A stretch of DNA of 64,000 nt, taken from assembly GCA_951406725.2 (NCBI GenBank), contig OX597816.1:82150001-82214000 (forward strand). Direction: 5' to 3'. Every line of letters starts with the position of its first letter. The first letter of the stretch is position 1. Under the pieces are notes generated by a model, which did not search any database, had not been told where the DNA came from, and saw only the letters and a list, made by a program, of their open reading frames with translations. Positions 11,800-24,421 of the stretch are shown here, one piece after another. Source of the stretch: Octopus vulgaris (taxonomy: Eukaryota). Both the position numbers and the translations under genes were made by a program.

Positions 11800-13085
11800 G
11801 TATGTCGTCGTTTCTATTTTATTTTTTTAACATATTGCCGAAAAGATGCACACCGATGTGTGTGTGTGTGTGAAAGAGAAAGAGAGAGAAAGGGGGAGAG
11901 AAAGGAGAGAAAAAAAACTAGTTTACTAAAACCATACCATATACAACTGGATATATGTCATCTTGATGGGTTGTAAATCTGAGACATAGACATGCATGCA
12001 TATACATTTCAATAATATAGCCAGCCTTGACCAATGTGAACCAGTGCATTGTAGATACAAGTAACAATGGAGTGTGACAGTTACTATTTCCTAATCAGTT
12101 ACTCGATATAATTTTGTGTGTGTGTGTATTCGAATTACAGTCTGCTGTGGTGAAACTGAACTTAAGCTTTCTCCTCTGCACTCTGATTACACTAATCACT
12201 AATATCAGATGCACTGAGACATTTATGATCCGTAATTAATGCCGGTTACTTGTGACTTGAGAATTTAGGTACAGTAAAATGAAGAAGAGAAACACCTTCG
12301 CTTAAACAGTCTTATTCTTCATTCCATAGGTCGATATGAATATATAATTCCAGCCATATATTCCTGAGAGTAACACAATTCGCGTCGCTCCCTCCTTTAT
12401 CCCTATAAACCATCAAATACAAAACCTTTTCTATTGAGCATACTTTGTTTGTTTTTCATTTGATGTCACTGTCTTCTCTTGCTTGGGTGTATGCATAAGT
12501 TTTCTTCTGAAAGACATTATCCAGTCACTATTATTGTTGTGATGTGTTTATATTTCTGACCAAAAAGATTTGGCCTTGCTACCATTTTGGAGAAACTGTT
12601 TCCTGGGTACTACTTTGCAGAGTGCTGAAAAACTCTTTCCGATTTGCAGAAAAAGATGTTATTCTAGTTGTGTTTGATAACTTAACACATCTCTTGACTT
12701 AGTGACTTACAGTCAACCGATATAATCAACATACTCTGTGCAGCTGGAAACCATTTTACCGTTATTTCTTTATTACTACTTTGGTTTCCTTTATCCTAAT
12801 TCTCTCTCAGAATCCCAGCACAATGATTTTCAAATCATCATCATAATTATCTATATTATTGTAATTGTGGTTCTTATAATGTATTATCATTATTATCGTC
12901 ATCGCCATTATTATTATTATTATTCTTAAAACAAAATATAGTCCGTTGTCTTCTGTTGAACCGGGGTCATCCCTTGACCCTAGGGTCACAGTAGGTCCTC
13001 ATCTCATGGGGAGTACACGGCATAAAATGTGTGCGGAACCTAGCAACACTATTTTCTGAAGTTCTCCCACGTTAACACTGCAAGG

Positions 13086-13134
<49 letters not shown>

Positions 13135-13299
13135 GTCAGCAAGGTCGAAAGAGGAATCCTGACGATTGGGCTACCCAGGATTTCCTTGCATCTAGCCCAG
13201 GCCTGCGCAAAACTGGAGAGGACAAGAAATGTAAAAACCAGACTGGATTAGTTTATGCACAACTCCATTGTCTTCTGAGACAAAAGGATGCCAACAACA

Positions 13300-13341
<42 letters not shown>

Positions 13342-13899
13342 CTGGCTGAATCGTTAACATGCCGCTGGGCAAAATGCTTAGCAGCATTTCGTCCGTCTTT
13401 ACGTTCTGAGTTCAAATTCTGCCGAGGTCTTCTTTGCCTTCCATCTTTTCCGGAGTCGATAAAAATAAGTGACAGTTGAGCACTTCTTTCACATATTTTC
13501 ACTGCACTACCGAGCGCAGTTCTATGTGCCTTGCGTATGTGCCATCTTTGTTGTGATGCTCTTATTTTTATTGTATTGAAAGTGTTCTATGTAGGATGTG
13601 TGCAGTGCCTAGTATTGCTATTTTCTGTATGTTATACTTGTTAGTCTTGGTGTTTTTGTTATGTATTTGTCTAAATATTTTTTGCCATATCTAATGCACC
13701 TACCATAATAGGAATTGTTTCTGTTTTTAGGCTCCACATTCGAGTTACCTCTATTTCCAGATCTTTGTATTTTGAAAGTTTCCCCGTTTCTTTTGGAGAA
13801 ACATTATCATCTGCTGGTATTGATGCATCAATTAAAAAGCATTTATTATTATTATTATTATTATTGTTGTTGTTATTTCTCTTGTATTTATTTCAACAG

Positions 13900-14457
13900 G
13901 AGATTTCTACAATTTCCAGCAACTTTCTTTCTGGAGCGACGTCTTTACAATATTCCTCGCCTTGGCCGTCTTCCTCACGATTTTGAACGTGATTCACCTG
14001 TTACGCTTCAATCGAAGAATGTCCATGCTGTCGCAGACTCTCCGGCAATCATCTAAAGACTTGTTTGCTTTCTCATTCGTTTTTGCTGTGCTGTTTTTCT
14101 CTTATGCATGCGTTGGTTACCTCTTATTCGGGAAAGTTATCACGAGCTATTCAAGCATTTCGATAAGTATAATGACTCTGTTTATGTCTATCTTGGGACA
14201 GTACCAATATGAATCAGTGCAAGCAGTCAACCGCATCCTGGGACCAATGTATTTCTTCTCGTGTACTATGCTAGTTAATTTTATTCTATTTAGTGTTTTT
14301 ATCACGATACTGAACGAATCATTCTCACTGGTACGAAGTAATATATCGAAGCAGATAAATGATTATGAAATAATTAACTACCTTCACGAATATGTCACGA
14401 AGTGGATTGGTACAGATCATGATCACCTTTTCAATAAACTTCTAAATAAAAAAACCG
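13900..14457 (+). CDS. Polycystin-1-like protein, internal exon (S4-S5, pore, S6)
   Basis: tcaacag acceptor and CCG|gtaagt donor. Encodes DFYNFQQLSFW...LLRFNRRMSMLSQTL...GYLLFG...LFMSILGQY...NRILGPMYFFS...FITILNESF. Confidence 0.95.
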
Positions 14458-15379
14458 GTAAGTATTCTTTACAAAACAAGTACCCTAAAGAAGGAAGGTA
14501 AGCTTTTGGTTAACAGAATCCGTAATCTGGTTTTTATTCATAAAGTTTAACAATTTCCTTTAGTTTAAGCTGTCACTGCTCTTAAGCATAAATATAATGC
14601 GATCTCGTTTTTCTATGTGGTAAGTATATATAGCTACGCATCTAACAGGATATCAATATTTATTTTAAGAGAGTATCGCTCAAAGCCAGCAATCCAATTT
14701 CTTCAAGGTTAGGAAAATATGTGCATTACATTTATTTGTCTCTTCCTTTCTCACTAATAACCCTCCGCTATTGATTACTCATAAGTTCTCGGCAATCTCG
14801 GTTTCAGCTACGAGTTCAGTTTATTTTAAGTACTCCTCATACTTCTTGAACCAATCCATTTGACACGAATTGTATGTGATTTCTGGCTATGGAAAATTAT
14901 CTCTGCGAGGTTGATTTATGCTTTTCCCATTGCCTAACGACGAAGTTTTTGGTGATGATCCAATGATTCATCGAGGAATACAGGAGTCTTTTTGTCAATT
15001 TCAAACAGCTATGAACCTTCAAAATGGTAGATTCTTTATCACACCCTACAATCTGAACATGCCGTATATCATTTTAGTCTGGAGTTACGCTGTACGACTT
15101 GCTATGTGTTGTGCAGTTGAACATTCAGAGTATTTTGTATTGTATCTCTTTCATAATGCTATCAGTTCCTATATGATTGACGGCTCTGGTAGTAGCACCA
15201 GCGGAGGCTAACCAAAACTCCAAGAATACTACTAGGTATTGTACACATATTAATTTCAATACGATGGAAAGAACAAAATACAACACTACAAAGCTCACAG
15301 AACTGTGCACTTTGGTGTAGCGAAAGCATACGGGGGAAAGATAATACCAAGGAACTCTTTAATAACTCTTTCTACTATA

Positions 15380-15878
15380 GGCACAAGGCCTGAAATTTGT
15401 GGGGAGGGGACCACTCGATTACATCGACCCCAGTGTGTAACTGGTACTTAATTTATCGACCCCGAAAGGATGGAAGACAAAGTCGACCTTGGCAGAATTT
15501 GAACTCAGAACGTAGCAGCAGACAAAATACCGCTAAGTATTTCGCCCAGCAGGCTAACGATGCTGCCTGCTCGCCGCCTTCAGAAACTCTTTAATAATAA
15601 TAAGAATAAGAAGAATAATGATAAAACTGTAATGATTGTACCAGTAGTAATTCATACATTAGGAACTCTAAAGATATAGACATATGGTTGAAGGAGATTG
15701 GAATAGAATGTCTTGTAGAGTTTCCACAGAAAGTTTGCCTCTTAGGGGCAGGAAAGATTATCAGGAGGGTCTTAAGTACTTGAAAGACTTTTGGAAGCTT
15801 GTGAATACCTAACAGGTAGTAACCTGCTACCTACATAAATTCTGCCAGGAATAAGAACAAACCTGTGTCAAATCAATG

Positions 15879-15932
<54 letters not shown>

Positions 15933-16530
15933 GTTTCAAATTTTGGCACAAGGCCAGAAATTTCAGAGGAAGGCTTAAGACGTTTACATCGACTCCAGTG
16001 TTCAACAGTTCATCGACCCCAAAAAGATGAAATCCAAAGTCAACTTTGACAGAATTTGAACTCAGAACATAAAGACGAATGAAATGCCGCTAAGCACTTT
16101 GCCCAGCATGCTAATGATTCTGCCAGCTCATGGTCTCGTGGTTTTGAATTTTGGCACAAGGCCAGCAATTTTGAGTGGAGCTAGTCGATACCATCGTCTC
16201 CAATATTTGACTGGTACTTCATTCTATTGACCCCAAAAAGTTGAAAGTTGACCTCAGAATGTAAAGAGCTGGAAGAAACGCAGCAAAGCATTTTTTCTGA
16301 TGCACTAAAGAGTCTGCCAGCTCCCTGCCTTAAGAATAATAAAAATGGTTTCAAATTTTGGCACTAGACTAGCATTTTCGGGGGTGGGTGAGCAGGTGAG
16401 TGGATTACATCACTTCAGTGCTCAATTGGTACTTATTTTATCAATCCCAAATGGATGAAAGGCAAAATCGACCCTGGTGGCATTTGAACTAGGAACATAA
16501 AGACAAGAGAAATGCTGCTAAACATTTTGC
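15380..16530 (-). repeat. Cluster of at least four tRNA-derived SINE copies with interleaved (AAT)n and LINE fragments
   Basis: Repeated ggcacaaggcc...cgacccc...gaatttgaactcagaac...gctaag...ttctgccagctc units at ~15380, 15931, 16140 and 16346. The same family occurs on + at ~57281-57493, ~60246-60444 and ~63384-63596. Confidence 0.8.
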
Positions 16531-17094
16531 CAGCTTACCATCTTAATGATAAATGCCCTGATACAGTACCAGGCAGTGGTTCTCATGGCTTCTGATCTTA
16601 ACTGATTGGAAGTGTCATCATGTACATGCTTTGTCTTGGTATAAAAGATGGGCTACAACAAATATTCTGCTCAATACCACAGATTTGCTTGTCAATTGTT
16701 TGACCATAACCAATTGAGTATGTCCCTTGGTGGCTGATGATATGCGCATCTCTGATCACGAGCAGAAGTAGTAGGAGAACATCAGTCATATGTTGAGAAG
16801 AATTCTTTGGAGTTTGAATAATTCACCTCTGGAAACATGGGTGCTTCATTTAACATCTTGAAACAGCCCTTATTCAAGGACCTTTTGAGCAGGATGGGCT
16901 GCTCAACTTGAAGAAAATTCTAACTGGGCCCCACCTGCAAGGTCATGCACTGTTTATCTTGATATGAAATCACCATGTCATGTACATATATTTGCGATGC
17001 ATGTACCTGGTGAACCCTTATCAGATGGGTAGTCATGATGGGTATATTCAGTTTTGTATATTTGTACCCCAGTGTTACTTTGATAGCATGTGCT

Positions 17095-17380
17095 CAGATA
17101 TTGTTGTGTAAGACAAAAGCAAAAAAGTCTGTTTATTGATTGACATGAGCATATCCTGTGACCATAAATATCTCAGCAAAAGAATTTGCTAAGCTAATAT
17201 AAAGATCTGCAAATCGAAATCAAAAAGATGTGGCATCTCAAGATGGTTACAATACCAGTGATTGCAGGAGCACTTTGAATGATCAAAAAAGAATATCCCT
17301 GGCTTACCATCCCTGCAGGAAGTGCAGAAGATTGCCTTAACTGGTATGTCACATGCATTGAGAAGAGGATTATCACTGTA
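17095..17380 (+). mobile_element. R4/Dong-like non-LTR retrotransposon C-terminal fragment
   Basis: DIVV*DKSKKVCLLIDMSISCD...YKDLQIEIKKMWHLKMVTIPVIAGAL*MIKK...EVQKIALTG: REL endonuclease (PD..D/ExK-type) C-terminus with stops and frameshifts. Confidence 0.75.
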
Positions 17381-17887
17381 AATTTTCTTTCCTTTTCCTC
17401 ACTTTATTTTATTTAGTTTTCTAGTTTTATATTTTTCTCACTGTCTTCCCCTTTTTCTCTATTACATGACTCTGTAAATGAACAATATGGCATGCTTGTC
17501 TTAATGGCCTACCAATGTATACAGTATGTTTCTCTGCTCTAGGTGTCAGGAAGACACTTGGCAAGAAATGGAAACAGAATTGAAAGAAGATGCTAATGAA
17601 AATAATAAAAATAATAATAACAATGTTGTGTCTATAATGTTTGGTGCACTCAGAACAGTAAGCCAAGGTATAGACAAATGACTGAGGAAGATTGAAATAG
17701 AATGCCCGATAGAGCTCCTACAGAAAATTTGTCTCTTAGGGACAGCAAAGATTATCAGGAGGGGCCTAAACACTTGAAAGACTGCTGAAAACTCGTGAAT
17801 ACCTAAGGTCACAGGTAGTAACCCACAATACACAGAATCCCTACCAGAAATAAGACCGAACCTGAGACAAACCAAACTAATAATAAC

Positions 17888-17953
<66 letters not shown>

Positions 17954-18046
17954 CCTACTCAATGGAAACCAAATAATGGTACAAGTAAGTTATTCTGTTA
18001 TTGTATTGTTACATTCATTTTAATGTTTGTTCTTTCTTGCCTTCAG

Positions 18047-18198
18047 ATATCGAGGTGACGTGTGTAACAGACAGCACAAACAAAATGAATAAACCAAATG
18101 AAGAGGCACATGAGAAAGAAAATATTGACTTAAAAATTCAAGACATCTTCAAACGACTTGACACCCTCTATTTGCAAATAGAGGCACAAAGACATTGA
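18047..18198 (+). CDS. Polycystin-1-like protein, terminal coding exon
   Basis: tctttcttgccttcag acceptor, phase-compatible with the previous exon. Encodes DIEVTCVTDSTNKMNKPNEEAHEKENIDLKIQDIFKRLDTLYLQIEAQRH*, with a short coiled-coil-like tail as in polycystins. Confidence 0.8.
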
Positions 18199-18470
18199 AT
18201 ATCCCCCAACTTAAGCCTCTCCAATTTTCTTGCAAATCTGAAAGGCTGACAGTTAATATCAGACCACAGCTGTGTCTTATAACTGATGCTGTATTCTAAA
18301 TATAAGTATTGAAGAGCATGATCCTACTGTTGTCACAATACAAATTAACTACATATATATAAACATGTGTATATATATGTGTGTGTGTGCATGTGTGTAT
18401 CACGTATGAACGTATTATAATCAAGCAAGTTGTACATGTCAAAAGTCTAAGTACTCAACATAATGAACAT

Positions 18471-19156
<686 letters not shown>

Positions 19157-21214
19157 CATTTATTAAAACTTTGTCAATCTATTATTATAAAATTCAATGC
19201 TCAAAAATGCTGATCATCAATTGTCAGACATTGGTTGGCATCTTAATGTCCTATGGCCTCAACTAAGATGATGTATTTTGAGGACAAAAAAAGATGTTCC
19301 ATTTACTTTTATTTGGTGCATTCTGGGCACTCCGAAAATGTTTTTCCATTTTCTCAAGTTCATAATTTATGGTCAAAGAAAATAACACAATAAAGGAGTT
19401 ATGTTCCTTGATAACTGAAGTTAACTTCTAGTGAATTTTAATTGAGACTTTGTGAAGAAATGAATTCTAATCAAGATATTGATTTCATATGGTCTGGTGC
19501 AACAAAAGAAAGAAAATACACAATAAAGGGAAGGAAAAAGTAAAAACAGGAGCACATACTCAAAAATTCCGCATCTATGCACTTCACTCTTGTACTGCCA
19601 TAAACACAATGTTTCATTCAGTGTGGTTGGGCTCACTTGCATAATATGAACTGACTGGTATGTCTACATTTATTGAATACTTTAGATATGGCATTTAAGT
19701 ATATTTCTGGCTTTCATGAAATTTTACCATGTCTTTTCTCCATGGTACAAAGACTACATCTTTTGTTACCTTTCATATCAACTCTAAATCATTCAACAAG
19801 CCTTCTCCAGTTGATATTAAATTTTTAGTCTTTTCTTTTAAAGGCCAGAAGTAACTCAAGAGCCATATTACATTTCATTTATCAATGCTTCTGAAAGAAG
19901 AGACATGGCTGTAAAACCTTATTTTGAATGTTCCACCTGTCATACCAATATAGTGCTTGAGTTCAGAGCCAAAATCTAGGATCTGTAGATTTAACTTCTG
20001 CCTCATATGTTGGCTTTTGTATTGCAGGATCTATTTAGAACTGTTGCTTCTACAAGAGTAAGCAACCTCAGTGGATGTGATAGGCTTACTGAATATTAGC
20101 AGTATAGCTAAAACCTATCCCAAGCTTATGTTTGTTAAACAGAGATATAGTTAGTTATATCTATAGCTAGTGAAGTAGTAATCTATTAAACATTAAAAGC
20201 AATTTAACATTTGACTTGCATTTAGTGGATATGAAGCATGAAAAGTGATATTAGGACGCATTTTCCTTTTAGTAGGAATTTTACTTTTGAATCTACTGAT
20301 TATTGAACTTAACTAAATACAAGTGTTATCGTCATTAAAACTCTTTCCATCGTTATGACTTTAAGGATTCACCACAAGTTTACAGGTTCAGTTGTTAAAG
20401 GTTATAATCCACTAAATTTATTCACTAGTTATTTTCCTCTGACCATCAATATTAATAAAAGTGAAATTCTGTCTGTCCATCAGAGACCCCTGTATCTCAG
20501 CCTACATTTGCTCTACATAGACATATTATACCTATTTTGGAATTGGGATGATCCTGGGATTGCAAATCTGCCCTTCATTTGGTGCTTGAAGATCCAGCAT
20601 TGGGATCTGATTTAAAAACAATTCGGTTGCTATTTCTAGCAGATAAAGCTTGGCTAATCCACACCATCTTGGTGGCATTTGTCAGATGATGTTAGCGATC
20701 AAGGAGGAGATAAATGACATTTGCTTTTTTAATTTTACATCAAAATAAGAATTTTGGAACAGTTCTTAATAGTTGGAATTCAACTTGGGACTGGAACAAT
20801 AGAACGATTGTATTACAGAATCAATTCTCATACATTCTTTACCTCTGATCAAACACCACTGGAGCATATAATTGTTATAGACGTATTATAGTCATGCTAT
20901 TTAGCTTATTTTAGTTTTAGACTGCAGGGCCATTTGGCCCTCCACAGAGCTAGCTTAAAAGTTTGCACAGAGTGCAGCTTTTAAGTGAGCTAATCATAAA
21001 TTGCAGAAAGGAAAAAATCTGATTCCTCAGAATACACCAAATGTGAATAAAGATGACTTTCTATTTTTTGTGCTCAACACATATCACTTAGTTGAGACCA
21101 CACAACTGCTAAAATGTCAATCAATGTCTGACAGTAGATAATCGATAAGTCTGAGCATTTTGAAACTTAAAATAACAAGAGATTGATAACTGGATTTATA
21201 ATTGTAGGAATATA

Positions 21215-21258
<44 letters not shown>

Positions 21259-23351
21259 CACATTTATATATGTATATATAGACACACGCGCACAATTACA
21301 TTCATATATGTATGCATAAATGTATATTATAAAGGTGGGTACTTTTCAATGACTCCAGATTTCATGATTAGTGTATGAGCCAGAGACAAGGAAGAGAAGA
21401 GTTTGTTTATTGTATCTATAACAGCTAATGCTTTCTGGTTACTTCACAATAAAAGCTGAAGTAATGAAAAACAATTCAACTTTAACCATAACATGTTTAT
21501 TCTACTCAAAGTTTTGAGTACTCTTTTATTTTGTTTGCAATACTACTTGCAAATATCTATATATGTATAAATACATATATTGTATATATTAATATTTTAG
21601 TTTTAAATCCAAATAATTTTCCAACTTTATTGCTCAATTATGACATGACTGGTAAAGCCACTTCAATTATATAAAACTTACATATAACATTAAATATATT
21701 ATTATATTCCTTTTCACAAATGTCTGTTTTCTTTTGCTGTGTTTGTTGTTAATTGTCTCCCTTTCATTACATATCACCCAATCAGGAGAGAAAAACGAAA
21801 CATTCTGTCAGCCAAGTTATGTACATTAACCTTATTTATTCACATAGTTTTGCATTAATCATGTTTTGACATTAAAGGGTAGGTGTGAAGTCAGATCTGT
21901 CTTGATATGATTGGTTTAAATGCTAAACGAATCTATAACCTTTTCTCCCGGAAAATGTTATGATTTTCAATAGATTTCATTCTGGTTCCTTTTATGGACA
22001 TTGAGCCAATTAGGACTAAATATATTTCTAGCATAAGAGAGGCTTTGTGCTTCCAATCAACATGTCGCCAAGTGCAATAGTTGCCATGAAACTGACAATG
22101 ACGTTCTGACCAGTTATATGCCATGACCAATAATACACTGTTCAGTCTATATACTACAAAAACTCTATGACTGCTTGCTCGCATGCATGCTTGTCTGTAA
22201 TACAGCGAAACTGGCACATAATGAGAAAATGCTCTGAAAGTAAAGTACCCCTGAAATGTGAATACAAACGGAACAAAACAAGTTTCGCATAAATCGGACC
22301 ACGGATTCCAGAGATATGTGGATTTTTGGGGGTACCTTCATAAATAGCCAAAACCCCACATAATAGGAAAATAATCCAAAAGCAATATAACCCTAAAAAA
22401 TACAAAGTGTTTGTAAAGTGAGTATTTATATTTCAGTTTTCTTTTAACAGACAATATTTTAATTTTTAAAAAGTGTTTTTAAAAGAATATGATTTGAAAA
22501 ATAGGAATTGTTTGTAGAGTAAATATCCATATTTAGCTTTCTTTCAACAGACAATATTTTAATTATTTAAAAATATTTTTAAGAGCCAGAGAAGGTGAGC
22601 AAGATAGTGGTGAATGCCAACAAGATCGGGACAAGCATGCAAATTGAAGGATCAATGGGACTGATTAAGGAAGGGCTGAGCATCTGGTAGAACAGAGGGA
22701 AAGAGATAAAAGCAGGAGAGATCATGAATCAGATGCTCGGAGAGCAGAGCATCTGGCAGGACAGAGGAAAAGAGACAGAAGCTGGAGAGATCCTGAATCA
22801 GACACTTTAAACATGAACTTGTAAACCAGACCTATGATGACACGAATGAATTGAAATATTTAGCTGAATCATCATAAAATTAACTTTAATTTCAATGCAA
22901 TGATACCAGCTCCAGCCAAACCTTCCAACCCATGCCAGCATGGAAAACAGATATTAAATGATATCATATTGAGTGTGCGTTTTTCTGACAACTAACAGAT
23001 ATATGCATGAATGCTAGAATAGAAAATGAATGTTAAATGATGATAATGTATGTGTGCATGTGTTTGACAATGATTTTGGCTTTTAAACAAAATAAATAAA
23101 CCTTTTCATTATACCTTCTAATGCATCCAGATGGATGATGGTTATTCATTAGAGATGCAGTTAAGGAATGTAACTTATTCATCTACATCCCTAAGCCAAG
23201 TTGTTGTTGGTTACTGACACTCTTTATTTTGAAGTGACGGCTATAAACTGAGATCTATAGATCATAAATTCCTGTTATTGTCTACAATGGCATATATTCC
23301 TTATTGTAGATATTTTCTTTTATTTATGCCCCTCATTCGAGTAATGATGTA

Positions 23352-23720
23352 GATCCTAAGAGAGATAATTCACACTTAAGTGGAAGAGTGACAGTTCTTG
23401 GTGATTTCAGATAAACTCTGCCCAACCAGATCAACAGCTATCTGAAATTATCTTATCTCTGGCTCCACATTCAGTGACTGAGCATTATCATCAATTTATG
23501 AATGGTCTTCAATAGTGATGATGCTACTGGTATGTTTGACATCTAGTTACTATAGGTGGGAAATGGATTTCCAGAAAATGACTGCAATGACCAAATCCAA
23601 TTGTCCTTCAGCTACATTATTGAATCACAAAAAACTGATTGGTTCAGTCTTTCCAAACATTCATATATAGACACTGTGTTCCAACTGGTTCTGTGATGGA
23701 GAAAACTTAGCACTAAAAAG
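23352..23720 (+). mobile_element. Helitron PIF1-like helicase pseudogene fragment
   Basis: Manual translation: SGRVTVLGDFR*TLP...LKLSYLWLHIQ*LSIIINL*M...FDI*LL*VGNG...(frameshift)LIGSVFPNI...NWFCDGENLALK. Corresponds to Helitron GDFRQTLPV / LKxSxLW..V..L.L..NMR / LLxIGxG / VFPNI / WLxERAILAPKN. Confidence 0.8.
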
Positions 23721-24229
23721 ATGTCATCATCATTTAATGCCTACTTTTCCATGCTTACATGGGCCAGATAGAATTCATTAAGGCAGATTCTCTTCCTTTC
23801 ACCAACCTTCACTTGTTTCCAACAAGTTAATATTTTCCTATGGTCAACATGTTTTCAATGAAGACTGGAAATCTACTCCACCACCTGTTAAACAGAAATG
23901 CACATTTACTTACTATCTCACAATGTCAAGATAAGGAAACAAAAATAATACATATGCACTGAGCATTTTCCCCCACTTTGTCTATAAGGTTTTGGTCAGC
24001 CTAAGGCTATGATAATGTTGTAAATTATCCATCTGAGTTTCTAGACTGTAATAAACCAGTAGGAATCCTTCCATATGATCTGATGCTGTCAAATAGTGCA
24101 ATGACAATGGAGTCACCATCAAAAATATGATGCTTTATGTTCTGGAGAACTCTGAAACTAAAGACACATGACTAAATACCACAAGGCATTTTGTCAGCTG
24201 TTCTACCGATTCTGCCTAACCAACATACA

Positions 24230-24421
24230 AATTCATATTTTAAAAACAGTTTATTTACATTTATACAAAAGTTATAATTATAAATAAATAATATTTTACG
24301 AAACCAGTTGCAAAACAGTTCCTTCAGTTATTCACATCACAAATGTGAAGCACTGGACAAATTTTTTCATGATAAATGCAATCAACCTGTCTGCACTTCA
24401 TTGTTACTTCCCCTGGAACAT
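24230..24421 (-). other. Probable 3'UTR terminal exon of the 98-aa protein gene
   Basis: Minus-strand acceptor tattattttacag at 24422-24423 and AATAAA at 24255-24250. It would pair with the perfect CAG|gtaagt donor at 30380/30379. The 3' end is approximate. Confidence 0.5.

Noticed and set aside
15380-16530. tRNA-like A/B boxes (gagttcaaattc)
   Set aside because: These are SINE heads with no cloverleaf or acceptor stem; not tRNA genes.
19270-21900. Repeat-poor stretch with minus-strand AATAAA motifs (~21500, ~21630) as a possible extra 3'UTR
   Set aside because: No exon or ORF could be linked to it, and AATAAA is frequent at this AT content.
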